Source of the DNA: an uncultured Gammaproteobacteria bacterium
Lineage (GTDB): Bacteria > Pseudomonadota > Gammaproteobacteria > Pseudomonadales > JAHEGP01
Reading direction: 5' to 3'
NCBI GenBank assembly: GCA_963792875.1
Contig: CAWBXV010000007.1
Coordinates: 48,361 to 112,360, forward strand
DNA length: 64,000 nt
Each line of letters begins with the position of its first letter. The stretch's first letter is position 1. The position numbers and the translations under genes are program-made. The notes under the pieces are model-generated. The model had not been told where the DNA came from and ran no database searches. It saw only the letters and a list, made by a program, of their open reading frames with translations. This document shows, piece by piece, positions 57,557 through 64,000 of this stretch.

Positions 57557-59410
57557 CTACTGGGCGGCCAGCTGCGGCTGGTGACCAAAATAGCTGGCCA
57601 GTTCGATCAGCAGGCGCTGGCCGGAATTCAAGGCGGCACGCTGTGCCAGCACCTCGCGGCCGCGATCGGGATAATCCGTGATCACGCCGTCGACCCCGCG
57701 GCTCATCATCTGCGACATGCTGACGCCGTCGTTGACCGTCCACACCATCACGCGGCGACCCTGCTGGTGCGCCCTGCCGACAAACTGCCGGCTGCCGAAG
57801 CGGGTATTGACGGCATAGAAATCCAGCGCCAGCTTCTCCAGCTTGCCGGCCATCACCGACGTCAGCAGCCCCACGGGCCAATCCGGACGCAGCTCCCGCA
57901 TGCGCTGGGTGCCGGCGTAATCCAGCGACATCAGCATGACGTCGTCCTCCATGCCGGCAGCCTCCACGACGGCAGCGACCCGCTCCTCGAGCCGCTCGTT
58001 GTGGCCGTAGTACTTCAACTCGATCACCACGCCGGCGCTGCCGCGGCAAAGATCCAGCACCTGCCTCAGGGTCGGCACGCGCTCGCCGCTGAAGCGGGGG
58101 TCGAACCAGGAACCGATGTCGATGTCAGCCAGATCGGGCAGGGTGGCATCCCAGATCTTGAGATCGCGCCCGGCGACCTTCTTCAGGTCGCTGTCGTGCA
58201 GCACGACGACCTCGCCGTCGGCGCTCTCCTGCACATCGATCTCGACCCAGTCCGCGCCCTGCCGCAAGGCCTCGCCGATAGCAGCCAGCGTGTTCTCGGG
58301 GGCAGCGCCGGAGGCGCCTCGATGAGCGATGATGCTGGCGCGGTCCTGCAGGGTGAGGCCTTCGATCAACTGGCGACTGATGGCGACGGCGGCCAGCAGG
58401 CTCAATGCCGATGCCGCGATGATGCGCCGGTTGGTGAGCAGCACCCGCGTGCCGGTACCCGCCTCGATGGACTCGGCGAGGTAGGCTCTGCCCGAATCGA
58501 GACCGCAGGCCTCGAACAGTTGCACCATGACGATCGCCAGCGCAGAGGCGCTCACCGCGGTCACGATCAGCGCCAGCAGCGCACTGAGCAACAGCAGCAT
58601 GCCCAGCGCCAGCACGAGCAGGCGGATGTTCTCCAGCAAGCCGGGAATCAGCGCCTCACCCAGTCCGTCGACCACCACCGCGGCAAGACCCAGCAGCAGC
58701 AGATCCAGCACCGCCCAGGCCACCACCCAGGCGAGCACCGTGCGGCGGCGGGTGCCGGCCGCCGCCGCACTGAGGGCCAGCACCTCGGCGGTGGGTTGCG
58801 GCGTGAACAGCGCCAGCGGCAGCGCAAAGAACCAGCCGATCACCAGGCGCAGCAGCAGTGCGATCAGCGTCCCGACACAGATGGCGCCCAGAGCGGCAGC
58901 CGCCCAGAACGCGGGGGGGCGTTCGGCGAGATAGAAGTTGATGTCATAGTCGCCCAGCAGCGCGCGATAGATCAGCGCCAGCGCCAGCAGGCAGGGCACG
59001 ACCAGCAGCAGCACCCGCAACACGATGCGCAGACCCAGCACCAGTATGCGCCGACTGCGGCGGGCCACGAAGGCGAGCGCCTGCAGGGTTGTGACGCGCT
59101 GGCCGTGCTGCACGCCATAGGCCACCGCCATCAGGGCCGAGTGTTTGAACACCATCAGCAGCAGGCCGGCCGCGCCAACCAGCAGCAGCGACAGCAGGCC
59201 CAGCGGCGACAGCGCGAAGTAGAGTATCTCCTGATCTGACAGCGCCTGCGCACCGGACCACGACACGACGCGGTTGAAGAGCAGGCTGAACAGCGGCACG
59301 AGCAGGACATAGGCCAACAGCGAACCCAGTACATGGGTCGCCAGGTAGGACCTGGGATTGGCTAAAAAAGCCCGCCCGATTCCCGCGAGGGCAGTCGCAT
59401 TCAACTGCAA
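57557..59410 (-). CDS. Membrane-anchored glycerophosphodiester phosphodiesterase
   Basis: The N-terminal multi-TM domain is followed by a GDPD domain (IIAHRGASGAAPENTLAAI, EIDVQESADGEVVVLHDSDL, VMVWTVND). Confidence 0.8.
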   Translation of the reverse strand: MQLNATALAGIGRAFLANPRSYLATHVLGSLLAYVLLVPLFSLLFNRVVSWSGAQALSDQEILYFALSPLGLLSLLLVGAAGLLLMVFKHSALMAVAYGVQHGQRVTTLQALAFVARRSRRILVLGLRIVLRVLLLVVPCLLALALIYRALLGDYDINFYLAERPPAFWAAAALGAICVGTLIALLLRLVIGWFFALPLALFTPQPTAEVLALSAAAAGTRRRTVLAWVVAWAVLDLLLLGLAAVVVDGLGEALIPGLLENIRLLVLALGMLLLLSALLALIVTAVSASALAIVMVQLFEACGLDSGRAYLAESIEAGTGTRVLLTNRRIIAASALSLLAAVAISRQLIEGLTLQDRASIIAHRGASGAAPENTLAAIGEALRQGADWVEIDVQESADGEVVVLHDSDLKKVAGRDLKIWDATLPDLADIDIGSWFDPRFSGERVPTLRQVLDLCRGSAGVVIELKYYGHNERLEERVAAVVEAAGMEDDVMLMSLDYAGTQRMRELRPDWPVGLLTSVMAGKLEKLALDFYAVNTRFGSRQFVGRAHQQGRRVMVWTVNDGVSMSQMMSRGVDGVITDYPDRGREVLAQRAALNSGQRLLIELASYFGHQPQLAAQ

Positions 59411-59793
59411 GCGCCCTCCCCGGCCCTACTGCGGCCGCGCCCACGGACGCCACCGCACGCGGCCGGCGGATAGGGCGCAAGATCGCCTGATGCCGGCGCG
59501 CCGGCTACCAGGCCAGCCAGCCGAGTCATTGTCATCCTCCGGTCCTCTGTGATGGACGTTCGACAGCGCACGCCCGACATTGGCGCAAAGCGCGCCCCTG
59601 CCCCCGCCAGCGTCGAGCCACCAAAGCATAAAGCACGCCTCCCCTGGTGTCGACAGCTCTCCAGGCGCCGTTGACCTGGCGCTTTGCTGCGACCCGACCG
59701 CTATCGCCGCGCCGTCCGCACGCACGCGTTGCGCCAACAGCGCGCACCCTGGCACAGCCCCCGCCCAGCGGTCGCTCACCTGCGGTCCGCAGC

Positions 59794-61425
<1,632 letters not shown>

Positions 61426-61605
61426 GGCGCGGCCCTCACAGACCTCAGCCGCGCCTCGGACCGGTGCCCGCCGGCGGCAGGCGCGTTGCGGGATTGCAGC
61501 GACACGGTGCAGTTCCTCCACTCGACTCCATGCTGACCCATCATAGCGCCGCCCTGCGCCGCGCGGCAAAGCATCCACCGCTGACCGCCGCCAGGCAGCC
61601 GGCGC

Positions 61606-62331
61606 TCAATCCGGCGGCGGCCCGCTGCCAGCGTCCTGCGCGCGCGCCCTGGCGGCGCGCAACCTGGCCATCAGCTTGAGCAGGCCGCGGGTCAGAAACG
61701 GCAGCGTCGCCAGCAGCGCCAGCGCCAGCATCAGATTGGGCGTGAACACCTCCTCCAGGGAGAAGGCCCGCACCCCTCCCAGCTGCACGCCGAAGTGCAC
61801 GTAGATGGCGATGATCGGCACCATGCCCAGCAGGGATGCCAGGAAAAAGCGCGTGGTGGTGATCGGCGTCAACCCCATCAGCAGGTTGATCAGCCAGAAC
61901 GGGATCACCGGGATCATGCGCATGCTGACCAGATAGAAGGTGCCGTCCCTCTCGATGCCCTCGTTGATGACCGCCAGCTGCACCGCGAAGCGCTGCTGCA
62001 CGAGCCCGTGCAGCACGTAGCGGGAGAACAGAAAGGCCAGCGTGCCACCCAGCGTGCAGGCGCTGAGCGCCAGCGGAATGCCGATGGCGTGGCCGAAGAT
62101 GATGCCGCTGACGATGGACAGCGCGGCCGTGACGGGCAGCGAGAACGCCATGCCCAGCACGTACACGCCAAAGAAGATGGCCGCTGTCGCATCCGGGTGT
62201 TCGCGGAACATGCCCTGATAGAGCCTGGGGTCCAGCAGGCGCTCACCGTCGCCCAGCACGAAGGCGGCGCCAACAGTGCCGACGAGCACGATGAGAAACC
62301 ACTGATTCCTGGCCAATACCGTCACCCGCAA
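61606..62331 (-). CDS. TVP38/TMEM64 (DedA-related) family membrane protein
   Basis: The 241-aa polytopic protein carries ...IIFGHAIGIPLALSACTLGGTLAFLFSRY... and RMIPVIPFWLINLLMGLTPI. Confidence 0.7.
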   Translation of the reverse strand: MRVTVLARNQWFLIVLVGTVGAAFVLGDGERLLDPRLYQGMFREHPDATAAIFFGVYVLGMAFSLPVTAALSIVSGIIFGHAIGIPLALSACTLGGTLAFLFSRYVLHGLVQQRFAVQLAVINEGIERDGTFYLVSMRMIPVIPFWLINLLMGLTPITTTRFFLASLLGMVPIIAIYVHFGVQLGGVRAFSLEEVFTPNLMLALALLATLPFLTRGLLKLMARLRAARARAQDAGSGPPPD

Positions 62332-62528
62332 GACAGCGTAAAGCGCCGAAGTGTATCGCCAATCACCGCGGTTTTACAGTCACCGGGCGGCATTGGGGGC
62401 GCTTTGCTGCCGCCGGAGCGGGGCTTGTACGGGACCGCCGAGGGTGCGACACTCGCTGGATAACAGTTCAAAGTCCATGGCTGACGGCCCGACGCCACCG
62501 GCCCCTACCGGCTGCTCCAGGAGGCACC

Positions 62529-63311
62529 GTGACCTCGTCCTTGCTGCGCTTTGCCTTCGCCTGCTGCTGGCTGCTGCCGCTGGTGGCCCATCCGACGGTC
62601 GCCGACGATGCCCCCATCAGGCGGATCGCCAGCGGCGTCGTGATTCCCGACCGGGAGGTAGCCGTGGCGACGAAGATCGCCGATCGCATCGTCGCCATTC
62701 CCTACCAGGAAGGCGCCTCGGTCAAGCAGGGCGACGTGCTGGTGCAGCTGGAGGATGCGCAGTGGCAGGCCGATCTGCAGGCGGGCCTGGCAGCAGTCCG
62801 CCTCGCCCAGATCGAAGTCGAGCGCACGCGCAAGCGCCGGGACCGCATCAAAAACCTGAGGGAGCGCAGCTCCGCGTCCGAGGACGCGCTGGACAACGCC
62901 ACCTTTGACCTGGCGGCCGCCGACGCCCGGCTGCTCTCGGCCCAGGCCAACGTCACCAAGTTCCGCGCCCTGCTCGCCGAGACCCGCATCGTCGCGCCCT
63001 TTGACGCCGTCGTCACAGGCCGGGTGGTGGAGCTCGGCGAAGTGACCAGCCCCGGCAGCCCGCTGCTGGAACTGCAGGATCAGCGCCGCCTTAAACTGCA
63101 GACGCGGATCAAGGAAAAAGACGTCCCGTTCATACAGGTCGGCCAGGCCGTCACCGTGACGATCGACGCCCTGGCGGGCGTCGAGCTGGCAGGGAGAGTC
63201 AGCAAACTGATCCCCGCCGGCGATGCCAGAACCCATACCTTCGAGGTGGAGATCGAGCTGCCCGCACAGGCCGGACTGTACCCCGGCATGTTCGGACAGG
63301 CCAGCTTCTGA
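62529..63311 (+). CDS. Efflux RND transporter periplasmic adaptor (membrane fusion protein)
   Basis: GTG 62529 lies 4 nt after AGGAGG. It has a signal peptide, a lipoyl/hairpin pattern (V..EGASVKQGDVLVQLEDAQW...) and RIVAPFDAVVTGRVVELGEV. Confidence 0.8.
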   Translation: MTSSLLRFAFACCWLLPLVAHPTVADDAPIRRIASGVVIPDREVAVATKIADRIVAIPYQEGASVKQGDVLVQLEDAQWQADLQAGLAAVRLAQIEVERTRKRRDRIKNLRERSSASEDALDNATFDLAAADARLLSAQANVTKFRALLAETRIVAPFDAVVTGRVVELGEVTSPGSPLLELQDQRRLKLQTRIKEKDVPFIQVGQAVTVTIDALAGVELAGRVSKLIPAGDARTHTFEVEIELPAQAGLYPGMFGQASF

Positions 63312-63338
63312 CCCCGGCGCCGCAGAGAGAACGCCCCG

Positions 63339-64000
63339 ATGAAAGCCCTCATCCGCTTTTTCGCCCAGCGCGCCACTTTTGCCAATGTCTTCAGCCTCTC
63401 CCTGATCCTGCTGGGCATCAATGCCCTCGGCGTCATCCAGCGCGACAACTTCCCCAACGTCGACTTCAACGAGATGACCGTCACCACGCGCTACCCCGGC
63501 GCCGCACCGGAAGACGTCGAGCTGCACGTCACCAACGAGATCGAAGACGCGCTCAAGGAAGTCGACGACCTGGACACCGTCACGTCCTATTCCATGGAGA
63601 ACATCTCCATCGTACACATCCGCCTTGACGACAACGCGCGCGACATCGGCAAGGTGAAGACCAACGTCCGTGACGCGGTGTCCAGCGTCACGGACCTGCC
63701 GCCGGAGGTCGACGAGCGCCCCAGGGTGATGGAGATCACCACCTCCACCGGCATTCCCATCATCGAGGTCGGCCTGTCCGGCGATGTCGCCTATGCCGAG
63801 CTGCGCGCCGCGGCCCGCCAGACCGAGAGGGCCCTGAAGAAGATCGCCGGCGTCGCCAGCGTCACGCGCTACGGGTATCTGGACCGGGAGATCAAGGTGC
63901 AGGTGGATCAGACCGCCCTGGAGCGCTACCAGCTCTCCACCGCGGACATCGTCGACGCCATCCGCAACCGCAATATCCGCGCCACCGGCGGCTCCTTCGA
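63339..64000 (+). CDS. Efflux RND transporter permease (AcrB/HAE family), with the 3' end outside the window
   Basis: ATG 63339 gives MKALIRFFAQRATFANVFSLSLILLGINALGVIQRDNFPNVDFNEMTVTTRYPGAAPEDVE..., a typical AcrB-type N-terminus. The frame stays open to the window edge. Confidence 0.85.
   Translation, partial: MKALIRFFAQRATFANVFSLSLILLGINALGVIQRDNFPNVDFNEMTVTTRYPGAAPEDVELHVTNEIEDALKEVDDLDTVTSYSMENISIVHIRLDDNARDIGKVKTNVRDAVSSVTDLPPEVDERPRVMEITTSTGIPIIEVGLSGDVAYAELRAAARQTERALKKIAGVASVTRYGYLDREIKVQVDQTALERYQLSTADIVDAIRNRNIRATGGSF

Overview
This is a 64-kb, high-GC (roughly two-thirds G+C by eye) chromosomal segment from a Gram-negative bacterium. The gene content is a wax-ester synthase, a PEP-CTERM protein, a BNR/RND/DUF1302/DUF1329 module, TamAB and AsmA, and a sucrose/amylosucrase cluster. 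That mix fits a marine or halotolerant gammaproteobacterium, but the taxonomy is inference only. I can support about 50 protein-coding genes. I see no rRNA, tRNA, CRISPR array or intact mobile element.

Modules from left to right:
- 1-9.4 kb: lipid and acyl-CoA genes (WS/DGAT, luciferase-like oxidoreductase, SDR, acyl-CoA ligase, enoyl-CoA hydratase), plus an L,D-transpeptidase and an OmpA-family lipoprotein.
- 9.5-13.5 kb: a transglutaminase-like gene diverging from an overlapping HD-GYP / degenerate-GGDEF-EAL pair.
- 13.6-16.6 kb: AsmA.
- 17.4-21 kb: P450, luciferase-like oxidoreductase, CreA and a MaoC dehydratase.
- 21.3-28 kb: a translationally coupled BNR-like, RND exporter, DUF1302, DUF1329 module of unknown function.
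- 28-35.5 kb: MscS, CorA, TamB and TamA.
- 35.8-40.2 kb, minus strand: a carboxyspermidine-route polyamine operon (CASDH, CASDC, agmatinase) that continues into a 103-aa orphan and a mini K+ channel.
- 40.4-48 kb: cytochrome c, a sigma-54-driven PEP-CTERM gene, GlpD, and a low-GC islet with a nonsense-interrupted DsrE-like gene.
- 48.6-50.4 kb: an SLC13 transporter.
- 51.3-57.5 kb: a decayed integron-integrase-like relic next to a sucrose cluster (sps with a frameshift, spp, fructokinase, amylosucrase).
- 57.5-64 kb: membrane GDPD, a CrtI-like oxidoreductase, a TVP38 protein and the start of an RND efflux pump.

The most unusual signal is in front of the polyamine operon. A strong SD and ATG open a 9-codon frame that ends in CTT-TGA, the same slippery-stop arrangement as the RF2 frameshift site. 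A start-less but coding-like +1 frame continues from there for 45 codons. This could be a polyamine-responsive +1 frameshift leader.

The window carries at least two other reading-frame lesions (sps and the DsrE-like gene), so sequencing error must be excluded first.
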